Shown: positions 11,868 to 23,928 of the stretch, piece by piece
How positions within the stretch are numbered: the stretch's first letter is position 1
How the letters are laid out: each line of letters opens with the position of its first letter
From: Octopus bimaculoides
Taxonomy: Eukaryota
Assembly (NCBI RefSeq): GCF_001194135.2
Contig: NC_068984.1
Coordinates: 47,819,909-47,876,545 of the forward strand
Reading direction: 5' to 3'
Length of the DNA: 56,637 bases
Made by a program: the position numbers and the translations under genes
Notes under the pieces: model-generated
Told to the model about the DNA's origin: nothing
Database searches by the model: none
Seen by the model: the letters and a program-made list of their open reading frames with translations, nothing else

Positions 11868-12157
11868 ACAAACTCGGAGACCCTCTTCGGTCACGAATGA
11901 CCATGGGATTGCACGTAGAAAGTTACCTTCCGAGGCACAAGTCCGGGCAAGGTTGTTTATGGAAGACCAGCAGTTACCCATACATACCAGCGTCTCCTCT
12001 CCACGCTACCGATATTATCCAAGGGAAAGGCAAAGGCCGACACAGCTTGGCACCAGTGACATCGCAACTTATTTCTACAGCTGAGTGAACTGTAGCTATG
12101 TGAAATAAAGTGTCTTGCCCAAGAACGCAACACGCAGCCCGATCCGGGATTCGGACT
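11868..12157 (-). mobile_element. SINE (family B), head lost in gap
   Basis: Minus strand: B-box-like agtccgaatccc, central cttgggcaagacacttt...cactcagctgtagaaat (CORE/V-domain-like), and a 3' region ending gtgaccgaagagggtctc. Family recognised from memory. Confidence 0.6.
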
Positions 12158-12935
12158 NNNNNNNNNNNNNNNNNNNNNNNNNNNNNNNNNNNNNNNNNNN
12201 NNNNNNNNNNNNNNNNNNNNNNNNNNNNNNNNNNNNNNNNNNNNNNNNNNNNNNNNNNNNNNNNNNNNNNNNNNNNNNNNNNNNNNNNNNNNNNNNNNNN
12301 NNNNNNNNNNNNNNNNNNNNNNNNNNNNNNNNNNNNNNNNNNNNNNNNNNNNNNNNNNNNNNNNNNNNNNNNNNNNNNNNNNNNNNNNNNNNNNNNNNNN
12401 NNNNNNNNNNNNNNNNNNNNNNNNNNNNNNNNNNNNNNNNNNNNNNNNNNNNNNNNNNNNNNNNNNNNNNNNNNNNNNNNNNNNNNNNNNNNNNNNNNNN
12501 NNNNNNNNNNNNNNNNNNNNNNNNNNNNNNNNNNNNNNNNNNNNNNNNNNNNNNNNNNNNNNNNNNNNNNNNNNNNNNNNNNNNNNNNNNNNNNNNNNNN
12601 NNNNNNNNNNNNNNNNNNNNNNNNNNNNNNNNNNNNNNNNNNNNNNNNNNNNNNNNNNNNNNNNNNNNNNNNNNNNNNNNNNNNNNNNNNNNNNNNNNNN
12701 NNNNNNNNNNNNNNNNNNNNNNNNNNNNNNNNNNNNNNNNNNNNNNNNNNNNNNNNNNNNNNNNNNNNNNNNNNNNNNNNNNNNNNNNNNNNNNNNNNNN
12801 NNNNNNNNNNNNNNNNNNNNNNNNNNNNNNNNNNNNNNNNNNNNNNNNNNNNNNNNNNNNNNNNNNNNNNNNNNNNNNNNNNNNNNNNNNNNNNNNNNNN
12901 NNNNNNNNNNNNNNNNNNNNNNNNNNNNNNNNNNN

Positions 12936-12981
<46 letters not shown>

Positions 12982-13699
12982 GCATGTGTGCGTGTAGTGC
13001 ATGTGTATATGTATATATGCTAAACAGCTTTTCCATAAGATACGAATTCAAAAACACAATTAGGTTGTCATCCAATCATTTTTATTAATATTCTCTCGTG
13101 CCTGCGCATCGGACCCTTTTTTGTTAGTGTGGAACAATGTTCCACTTAGCAAAGTTTTCAGGTAAGCTTTCCATTATCTTCAAGATTAGGAGTCGTTTTG
13201 GCTTGCATGTTATCTGTTTTATTCTAGGTTGTGTTCTACATTATCGTAATTACATTTCCAACGGGTGTATTTTGTATTTTAATTGTGGTATTGTGTTACT
13301 ATATTTTGGTTGCTTCCATAATCAGTCTACAATTTGTGGGAGAAATTATTTATGGAAGTATCTTCTGCAGATACTATCCTATCTAGCTTCATTTTATGGT
13401 GTATGGCAACATACGTTACTATTCTTGCTCTAAATTGTGACATTTGCAACTTTTAAAATTTCACCAAAATATGCAAATTACATCGGTCATTTTAAGTTCG
13501 TTACATGAGAATGATGTTTTTTAAGTAAGGGTCTCATTGTTGGTTTATATATTACTATTGTCATTTTCTTGTTTCCTGTGACCCATTTTTGTGGTACATT
13601 TTATCAGATCTTTGATTATGTGTTCGTTTGTTCTGTTCCTGATATGTGTTTGATATATGTAATGCACTTTGTATGCAATATGTATATCGTTAGAAGGCA

Positions 13700-13925
13700 C
13701 ATTGTACACATTCAGAGAACATCACTTCAGTGGTGGCCCATGAGGATTCTTACAGCTAGTGAGCTGACCATGAATGTCTAGTTTGGGAATACGATTTTCT
13801 TCCATCCAAGCCAATCGACCACTCCAAAGTTGATGATATTTAAGCCTGTATATCAATGGTTCATAGCGGGATAGTTCCTCCGTTAATGTCTCAATGTTTT
13901 TAATGTGTCTATGCACCATCTATAT
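13700..13925 (-). mobile_element. RTE-clade LINE 3' end remnant
   Basis: HQLWSGRLAWMEENRIPKLDIHGQLTSCKNPHGPPLK, a decayed form of the RTE motif QLRWxGHxxRMxxxRIPKxxLYGxLxxGxRxxGRP. Confidence 0.75.
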
Positions 13926-14673
13926 TGTCTCATAAGTAGTGTGTATATTATATATTTGTAGTTAGTTATTATTTGTATTGTATTGTAGCTAGCTTAAACA
14001 TGAATAAACATGTGTGCAGCACAGAGCTATTTTCTTAGCACAAGTTACTTGTAGATTTTACTATCATGGTTAGCATTAGTTTGTGGTATTTGCTGACATA
14101 TGTAATATAATTTCAATTGTTGGTGGTAGTAATAAATAAGATAATAGCACAAATGTCTATATCTAGGGGAATTTGGAATATTTCGTTTATTTCTTCTACG
14201 ATATTGAGAAATTCTTTTAATGAAGTGACACGGTAATTCTCTGGTGTGTAACTTTAATGGTGTTATCTACTTGTTTACCGAGTTTATGCGTATGTGTATT
14301 CGTTTGGAATATTGTATCGGTGAAGCTTTGTTCGCGCATTTTTTGTGTTATATATGTGTATGTGTATATGTGTGTATCTATCTATCCATAAGTCTCTCTC
14401 TCTATATATATACATATGTGTATATATATACATGTATGCATATACATATATATATATAATTATTTATTCATACGTATGTATATATATATGCATATTGACA
14501 TATATATCTTTATCAATCAATCAATCAATCAATCAATCTATCTATCTATCTATCTATCTCTCTATCTATCTGTCTGTCTCTCACTCGATCTCTATTTCTA
14601 AATGTATTTATATATAAATACATAATACATACATACATACATACATACATACATACATACATACATGCATACA

Positions 14674-14707
<34 letters not shown>

Positions 14708-15307
14708 CGTATAGCGCAGTGAATGTTTCTCCGTTAAGACAAAAGTATGTTCCATGTATACCTATAAATCGCCTTCTATAGAAAGGGATGTACAGACGCC
14801 AGAACCACTTCAAATCACGAAGATTTGACTGAGATAGTCTAAAATGGTTCATGAAGATAAAGTCAGTAGATTATTGTCACTAAAATCTATGGGATTCTGA
14901 TAAGTAGACATGAAAAAACTTCATACAAAAGATTAAATTAAAACCCACATATTTTCAGTACAACGTACACACACACTCAGACACACACACGCGCACACAC
15001 ACACACGCACACACATACACGCATACACACACATATACACAAACACAGACAAACACACATGGATACACACACACACAGAGGCAGATACTCAACCACAGAC
15101 CCACAGATCTACACACATATATATGTAAATATGTATACATATATAGTATATCTATCTATCTGTGTATACATATGTATGTATGTTTATTTGTATATGTATA
15201 CGTATATATCTATATGCATATATATATGTATATATAAATATATGCATACTTGTATCACTATCTTGGATGTATATATATATATATATATATATATGAATTT
15301 TTATAAC

Positions 15308-15617
15308 TGTATATTAATCCAAAAGCCTCCAGCATATTCTGATTTTCACATTTTATTATTTGCAATATTTACAATTTTATAATACTGAAATATATTAGTA
15401 CTTCCAAACGTCACACAATCACGAGGTTTATGTAGTGCCAGTCGTGTTTCACAATTGGCAACTATGTCAATTGTGAAAGACGACGGTCTCTACATAAACC
15501 CGATGATTGCGTAATGCATGGAAGTACTAGTTTATTTCAATATTGTAAAATTCTAAAAATTGCAAATAATAAAATGGGAAAAACTGTTTTAGTTGGAATT
15601 ACTTTGATTAATGTACA
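15308..15617. mobile_element. Hairpin MITE of about 310 bp, almost entirely self-complementary
   Basis: The left arm ...ttttattatttgcaa...aatactgaaat..agtacttcca...tttatgtag...cgtgtttcacaattg pairs with the right arm caattgtgaaagacg...ctacataaa...tggaagtact..atttcaatatt...ttgcaaataataaaa. Termini are tgtatattaatc / gattaatgtaca. Confidence 0.85.
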
Positions 15618-16370
15618 TAACGTAAAGAAATTGGGATTTGAAATCCGGAAAGGTATCTTATTTATAATATGCTATAATCCAGTTTCTGCCTAACCACTTA
15701 GAATTGTAGGAAACACATAAACGTATAGATAGACAATTACATATCATTTCACCCGATACCGAAATCTTGATTTCGCTCCCTTGGACTTAATACAGCATAC
15801 ACAACATAGTACAGTATACACAATATATATTACTTTCAATCTATCCATTTTTCATATAAGGTTCATCTTCTCTTGATCAAATATGGTCCCTGACCTAGTT
15901 AAGGATTCTTCTGCTACTATGTGTATAAAATAATCTATTTCACAAATTTATAAAAAGTAATTCTACGTTTAAATAATACCAGAATCTATAGCCATATTGT
16001 ATTTCAAATCAATCTCTACTCGCAAGTACATCAAATTTTTATGATTCCCTCACCTAAAATGTACATTAAGAAGGACTATCAGTCACTGAATTCCTGAGTT
16101 TGCTTCTCCAACCCACTTGAAGACAACCTTTAACAAATATGCATTGATATCACTATCTTGGATGAATATATAGTGCAACTGAACCAACGAATTGCACATA
16201 AGTGTTAGATCAAGTATCTTTAGGACGCTTATGCGGCAGAAACACGTGTTGGATTGAAATATTGTAATAAGCAAGTTTCAATAAGTATTGTCCATTCTTA
16301 TATGTGATGTCTTATACATACACACATGCATACATAAATGCACGCATACATACATGCATTCATACATACA

Positions 16371-16404
<34 letters not shown>

Positions 16405-16405
<1 letters not shown>

Positions 16406-16560
16406 GTGTTTTTCTCCTCATTTTTTCCTTATTCTTTCTGTTGAAGAGCGTTGCTCGAAACGTTAAAGACTTTCTCTATTACCGAGCGTTAAACTAATAC
16501 ATCCTTTTGTTTACACCACTTGTCCTCGTCTGTTGTTGTTCTTTTCGTAAATTCTCCCAT
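16405..16560 (+). mobile_element. Penelope-like pseudo-LTR remnant, family P1
   Basis: Homologous to 6705-6880 and 53535-53700; contains the hammerhead-like motif. Confidence 0.65.
16433..16469 (+). ncRNA. Minimal type I hammerhead-like motif (P1), variant core, GUU triplet
   Basis: TCTTT CTGTTGA A GAGC gtt GCTC GAA AC GT T AAAGA: 5-bp stem I, 4-bp stem II and loop-less palindromic stem III (ACGU). The core has U in place of A6. Confidence 0.5.
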
Positions 16561-16729
16561 ATNNNNNNNNNNNNNNNNNNNNNNNNNNNNNNNNNNNNNN
16601 NNNNNNNNNNNNNNNNNNNNNNNNNNNNNNNNNNNNNNNNNNNNNNNNNNNNNNNNNNNNNNNNNNNNNNNNNNNNNNNNNNNNNNNNNNNNNNNNNNNN
16701 NNNNNNNNNNNNNNNNNNNNNNNNNNNNN

Positions 16730-16762
<33 letters not shown>

Positions 16763-17125
16763 AAGTATGGAGTGTATTTAATTGCTAGTTGTTTTGTTAC
16801 GCCAAAACATTGCAAGTTAAAAGACAGGATATAAGTCAATGGTTAGTACACTTACCTTGTATTTCAATGTGTGTATGTATGTATATAAGGGTGGAAGAAT
16901 GGTTGAATTAAGGGATGGATGGATAAATAAACCGATGTGTGTGCGTGCCTGTGTTGTTCTGCTATTCAGTTATCTGTATTTATGTTAACTTTTTTTCTGT
17001 GCAATTTTGAATATCACTTGAGACATGTCCTTTCAAAATTATTAAATTTTTACACAAGAATAACAATTTGTCTTTGATTCAAGCACCGTTCATTAATATT
17101 TTATTTGTCACACACACACACACAC

Positions 17126-17214
<89 letters not shown>

Positions 17215-17407
17215 TACACACACATTCTTGTTATTTATTAATTCAGTTTTACGTTACGTGATGAACACGAATACACAGCATTAATGGCAACAGAGGTTGA
17301 TTTCACGATTATCCGCTGTTCAGAACTTGTGCTTCTAATTTAAATTTATGTGCATATATGTATATACGTTTATAAATATACATTATGTATATATGAATAT
17401 ATGTATA

Positions 17408-17534
17408 CCATCATCATTTAACGTCCGCTGTCCATGCTGGCATGGGCTAGATGGTTTGATGAGGTTGGTAAGCTAAGGGGATGCACTAGACTCCAGTCTG
17501 ATTTGGTGTGGTTTCTACGTTTGGATGTCCTTCC

Positions 17535-17535
<1 letters not shown>
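17408..17535 (-). mobile_element. 3' end of an RTE-related element/SINE
   Basis: catcatcatttaacgtccgctgtccatgctggcatggg...ggtttctacg..ggatgtccttcct resembles the reverse complement of RTE-type 3' tails ending in (ATG)n. Recognised from memory. Confidence 0.55.
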
Positions 17536-17571
<36 letters not shown>

Positions 17572-19311
17572 AGACATACACCCCCCCCCCCATATATATA
17601 TATATATATATATGTAAGAAATTAACTGCGTAAAAGTCAAAACGAACAGTACTCCATCCAATGGGAGTACATTATTACTAAACGTTTCAACTACATGTAC
17701 TTAACAGGCTACTAATAATTTCTCGTACATGCGTACGTCTGTCAGGCGCCAATCGCACTATACTCCCAAAACTTTAGTTTAAATAGAGGTGCAGTTTAGA
17801 ACCGCAAAAAGACATAGCATGTCTAATGGAAGATACTACCTTGATGGGTAAAATAAATAAATAAAAATAGAATAAAAATGAAATAAAATATAAAAATTAG
17901 TCAAAAGTACAATGTACAAATTATCAAAATTGTGAAGACCTGGGATCGGGTGATGGAACGTGAAATATATATATAATTTCTTTGTTCTTATGCAACTCTG
18001 CTAAATTTTATGTCTCGGTTCTTTGAATACCACCAGTCAACTAATTCCTCCTCCTATCTTGCTTTATTCTTGTATACTTTTTTTCTCCTCCTTGGCCAAA
18101 AATATTTCCCCACTTTCTTTCCTCCAAATTATCTTTTCTTCAAATACCAAGCTCCTTATTAATATTGTGATTCAGTCAAATCAACTCCATTGTTTAGTAC
18201 CATTCAATTGATCTTGATTAAATTCCTTCTTCCTCTCACTTCTTCATATTTTTTGTTTTCTCTGTTTTCTTCTTATAATACTTATTTCTCCCTACATTTA
18301 TATACTCCTCTGATACTGTGCTCTCTAAACATTCTAATTGAATCTTCCATGCGTCCACATGTACATCCTTGCAACAATGTAACCTTTATTTTAATCAAGA
18401 TATTCTTGGCTTGAGGAGTAGCCGGTGGTATAAACTTCGCTTGGATTTTTACCACTTCTGAGGTTCCACCCGCTATGAAACATATGTAGCCCGCATAGGG
18501 AAGTGAGATGACAGAATAAATGTTTATTCCATTCCTTTACAACTGCTTCATAATCTTGTTGGTTATATAATATATATTACATCAACATCCACATGCATGT
18601 AAAATATACAAATAAATATATGTATATAAGTATTTATGGGTGTACACCCGTACATAGAAGCGTACTTGGGAGAAAACTAATAGACTAATCCTCAGGATGA
18701 TTCATGGTAGCCGAAAAATTGAACTCTACTACTGAGAAGAAGCTGATACTGTATACCGCACAGATAAAATACGTGCTCAACATGCTGCTATTTGTGATTT
18801 GCTTTCAGGGACCAATGGTTGAATGCAAATTCAAAGAAAGAAGCAATAGATGAATACACCAAAGTAAATTTCTTTTTGCATCTAATATTTAAAAAAAATA
18901 TTATAAGTAGATAATAAAATAGGGTTGTCAATGAAATTCGCTTCCAAGGAAAATATAGTTACACACGTTTATGTATACATGTATTGAAAAACATAAACAT
19001 GCCAAAGAAATACACATTTGGGATCTATTTTAAAACGGGGGCCACATTTTTCATTAATGTTTTACGTAGTGTTTTTGGTACGGAAAGACTTTCAAACTTC
19101 GTATACTTATCTATTTTGTGTTATAGAACAGAAAAATATTTTTGTATTCGAATTTATTTCATGTAAAAAATTGTCTTATTTCGATAATTTCAACCAATCA
19201 CTGACAAGTATTCAGTTGTTTACATTTACTCCTTTGGCTGATTAAGCGATGTAAAGCGTATTTAATCTCCATACCTTCGTTTTATTTGCTTTTTTCATTT
19301 TAAATTTGCTT

Positions 19312-19342
19312 TAACCCTAACCCTAACCCTAACCCTAGGGTT
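19312..19342. repeat. Interstitial telomeric repeat with inversion: (TAACCC)4-TAGGGTT at a gap edge
   Basis: Direct reading: taaccc x4 then tagggtt, with the 12-bp palindrome aaccctagggtt (axis 19336/19337), followed by an N-gap (19343-20091). Confidence 0.85.
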
Positions 19343-20259
19343 NNNNNNNNNNNNNNNNNNNNNNNNNNNNNNNNNNNNNNNNNNNNNNNNNNNNNNNNNN
19401 NNNNNNNNNNNNNNNNNNNNNNNNNNNNNNNNNNNNNNNNNNNNNNNNNNNNNNNNNNNNNNNNNNNNNNNNNNNNNNNNNNNNNNNNNNNNNNNNNNNN
19501 NNNNNNNNNNNNNNNNNNNNNNNNNNNNNNNNNNNNNNNNNNNNNNNNNNNNNNNNNNNNNNNNNNNNNNNNNNNNNNNNNNNNNNNNNNNNNNNNNNNN
19601 NNNNNNNNNNNNNNNNNNNNNNNNNNNNNNNNNNNNNNNNNNNNNNNNNNNNNNNNNNNNNNNNNNNNNNNNNNNNNNNNNNNNNNNNNNNNNNNNNNNN
19701 NNNNNNNNNNNNNNNNNNNNNNNNNNNNNNNNNNNNNNNNNNNNNNNNNNNNNNNNNNNNNNNNNNNNNNNNNNNNNNNNNNNNNNNNNNNNNNNNNNNN
19801 NNNNNNNNNNNNNNNNNNNNNNNNNNNNNNNNNNNNNNNNNNNNNNNNNNNNNNNNNNNNNNNNNNNNNNNNNNNNNNNNNNNNNNNNNNNNNNNNNNNN
19901 NNNNNNNNNNNNNNNNNNNNNNNNNNNNNNNNNNNNNNNNNNNNNNNNNNNNNNNNNNNNNNNNNNNNNNNNNNNNNNNNNNNNNNNNNNNNNNNNNNNN
20001 NNNNNNNNNNNNNNNNNNNNNNNNNNNNNNNNNNNNNNNNNNNNNNNNNNNNNNNNNNNNNNNNNNNNNNNNNNNNNNNNNNNNNNNNNNNGAGCCCACA
20101 GCAACATACTATCTCCTCCACTATTTAAGTATTACGTGTCAAAAGTGAAACAAGAACACTCATGTCCAATACTTTCACTTTAAAAATGAAACTATTCTAC
20201 TAACTGAAACAATCACAGTTCGATACTGTAATGACAGATACTTTCAGAGAGAAAGAGAA

Positions 20260-20324
<65 letters not shown>

Positions 20325-20760
20325 TGTATATGTATACATATAGATGTATATGTATACATATAGATGTATATGTACACGTTATTCCACTAACTGAATATCT
20401 GTACATCACTTCAAAGACTCTCTACATACAAACATACTCATACACACATTTGAGGTTTTATAAAGAAAGAGATTGCTCTTTCAGGGTTGTCTGATACCCA
20501 AACGTTCTCCGGTTTATTCATATATCGGTGAATTTACCGGAATTTGTTTCTCTGTGTTAGTATAATGGTAGCAACGAACATAAAATAAGTAACAATATAA
20601 ACGTTAACACAAATAAGAAATGAAACGAGCAAGGATATGCACCACTAGTTACGACCCAAATTCACAAGAAATAAATATAATGAAAATAACCCTGTAAACG
20701 GGAAAAATAGGCACAGCATCGTTAATAAGGAAACAACGGGGGGGGGGGGTTGAAAATAAA

Positions 20761-21050
20761 AGTCCTGAATGCAAAATTTAAAACCGATGTTCATTAAGAA
20801 ACTTTTGTAAAGAAAATAGTCTAATATATGGGTGTAAGATATCTGAGTGACAAAATTACTACTATATAGGCGCTGCTGAACACTATATAAAAAGTACGAT
20901 AGCCAGCCATTAAAGCACCTTTAGAGACAAGAGGAAATAACACTAGCCTGAGAAATAATTAGCAGAGCAAAACTCTAATAGCATTGGGGGACAAGATTTA
21001 TGATTTATTGCGTGGAGGAAATTTTCCACATCATCACATCCAAGAATAAA
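20761..21050 (+). pseudogene. GIY-YIG endonuclease relic of a Neptune-type Penelope-like element
   Basis: One frame from 20761 reads SPECKI*NRCSLRNFCKENSLIYGCKISE*QNYYYIGAAEHYIKSTIASH*STFRDKRK, then with frameshifts NTSL...ISRAK...YCVEEIFHIITSKNK. This has a Cys-rich linker, the IY..YIG motif and a C-terminal CxxEKFHII-like motif. Confidence 0.75.
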
Positions 21051-21829
21051 TAAATAAAAAATAAGAGAGAAAGAGGATTCTGTTGCCTGCACATAATTAA
21101 ATACACGTTTAATAAGTATAATTAAAATAAAATAATAGTAAATTAGATATACACTATTCAAATATATATCTAATAACGATAATTAGTATAATTCAAGACA
21201 CATGATGTGAAGAAACCAATATCTAGATTGAATGATTTAGAAATAATAGTCTCATTAGAATAATACAAAGTGTAGTCCGTACTATTAGCTGACATACCTG
21301 AATAAATAAGTCAATAATTGTATTAAGTAATTACAGGAGAGACAGATCAAATTCATAACAGAATATATATATATATATATATATANNNNNNNNNNNNNNN
21401 NNNNNNNNNNNNNNNNNNNNNNNNNNNNNNNNNNNNNNNNNNNNNNNNNNNNNNNNNNNNNNNNNNNNNNNNNNNNNNNNNNNNNNNNNNNNNNNNNNNN
21501 NNNNNNNNNNNNNNNNNNNNNNNNNNNNNNNNNNNNNNNNNNNNNNNNNNNNNNNNNNNNNNNNNNNNNAATGGATTAATGTAATTTTTATTTACATAGC
21601 CCATCCAAGGCTCATCAGTACGAACGTTCGATACAATATAATTTGCAGAACAATACACGGATTATCCACATTAAATAAGACATGTGTACAGTTCTACCGA
21701 TTACATTGGAGTTATTTTCAAAAGTCTCAGCTCTGGCGCGTTAAATACAAGAAGCAATTCCGCAGAAGATAATTCACTGCAGTAACCGTTGCTGGCTAGA
21801 GAACATAATTATTAAAATTTAGATAATAA

Positions 21830-21985
21830 TAAGGATGATAAATTGGATATCAATTTAATTAACACCAATTTAAAACCAGTGGCCTAGCATAAAGAAAATT
21901 CTGACAATTCAGAAAAATTATATTACATACACGTGAGAAGGGATGACCACTAAGTGGACATTGTTTACGCTAGAAAGCGACCATC
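21830..21985 (+). repeat. Interspersed repeat family X (unclassified)
   Basis: caatttaaaaccagtggcctagcat...tcagaaaaattatattacatac...agggatgaccactaagtggaca is shared in reverse complement with 43135-43270, and partly with 53455-53515. Confidence 0.8.
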
Positions 21986-23355
21986 AACGGTGAAACCACA
22001 AAAGAAAAGAATGTTCTCCAGGGAAATTAAATTAAATTATAATAAACATTACTAAAGTAAAGTAAGCATTTGGTGTCGGCAAAAACAATAAGAGTTGAAT
22101 ATTGGCATCAGCGTAATGAACGATTCATTCTGCAATATGTGAATAGCACCTTCAAAATTATTAAATTGAGATAGAGATGATCCAGTTCGGGACAGGAATG
22201 GGATCAATTAAGTCGCTTCTCTTCTACTAGTCGTAGTTCGGGTAGCATTAGAAATCAGAGCATAAACGGTAACAAATAGCACAAGGGAATTTTATTCTGC
22301 ATTCTGTAGAGATTATTATAGTTAGAGGCTCAAATTCGTTGGAGAACTGGCTATTCAGAAGTAAACGTAAGAAATTCAGCATAATTTCAAATTGACCGAG
22401 ATTAACATTTCTCTTAGATCAATTTCACCAATTTCTTGAGGAGTTTCCGAACATAACTTAATATCGTCAGAGTTTCTTCCATTGAAGCTTAGAAGCATTT
22501 TCATATACTAATACTAGAGTATTTTGGTTTAGGTTAGATGTCTGCAACAGTCACCATCGCGTGATTTAATTCATCGTATGAGAAATGATTTATTAAAGTT
22601 ACTAAGGTTCCAAGTTTCAAGCCCCATGCAGCTTAGGCTTCAATCATCGTGAAACTGTAGCTATGTATATATCCATGCCAATGAAACTCCGAGGTAGGTG
22701 CTTCCTATAAATATGAATGCTAAACAATGTATTATACTTTTAGAAGGTGTGTAATAAATAACGAATGACAATTAAGACCTTCTTCATGAAAGAAGATTAC
22801 GCTATTTTAAAAATCAAGATTGCTCTAAAGTAGACATGCCATTAGCGAAAAGGACAGACATATATCGTCTAAAGTTAAGAGAGCTGTTTTGAACAGGTTT
22901 CTGTCTCAATAGCCGACGTCAGCACGATTGACGAACCTGAAAGTGTAAATAATTTCCCTACTTATCTCCAGTAGGGAGAGTACTAACACTTTTACAAAAA
23001 CAGTAGGACATGTTTATGGCCTAGAAATTTGCATATATAATATATGCATATAAATGTCAGGTGAGTTTATTTGTGGGTGCATGAGTGAGTGCATAAACGA
23101 GTGTACACATTTAACTATAAATAAAAAGCAATACTGATAAAAAGTACACCACCACATTTACTTTATACACAATGATACGAGAAGGAAACATCTCCTGCAT
23201 TCAGTAATATTGAAGCATTGATGTGGAAACGCCTATACACGAGAAAAAGAAGCTCGAAATAAACACATTTCTGTGTGAATATATACATATATGCATATAT
23301 ACATACATATATATGTGTGTGTGTGTATGTGTGTGTCTATGTGAGTGTATGTGTA

Positions 23356-23404
<49 letters not shown>

Positions 23405-23807
23405 CATACATTTATAAACACGCGCGCGTGTATGTATGAATGGGTAGGTACATTTATACATATATGATGGTGCTTAGGATACAGAGCTGCAAGAAATTTA
23501 AGCTCGACTAAAATTATATCATTCTTACCAACCTTGGAGCGCTTCACGCACGTTCGCACGCGCACACACACACACATGTACATACACCCATGCAAGCATC
23601 GTCATTTGGGATGGGGTAGTGCACATGACCAAATTTAACCCTCCCAGTTTGAAGATCAATATAGCAGACAATATCATCTGTCTGTAGATGTATCTAAGTA
23701 TACTACATACACACGCGTACACGCACACACAAACACACACACTCTCTCTCTGTCAGTCACACACGCACATCGTATATACACACAGAGTCTCACCTACACA
23801 CACACAT

Positions 23808-23847
<40 letters not shown>

Positions 23848-23890
23848 CGTGTGTGTGTGTGCGTGCGTGTGTGTGTGTGTGTGTGTGTGC

Positions 23891-23928
<38 letters not shown>

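Noticed and set aside
18000-18480. Purine-rich minus-strand stretch resembling a decayed LINE ORF1
   Set aside because: Many stops and no zinc knuckle; similarity to the 55482 ORF1 is too weak to call by eye.
22050-22620. Minus-strand fragments FSYDELNHAM and STLIVFADTKC suggesting a LINE RT
   Set aside because: The intervening QGSxLGP and other motifs are not recoverable; a frameshift-aware profile search is needed.
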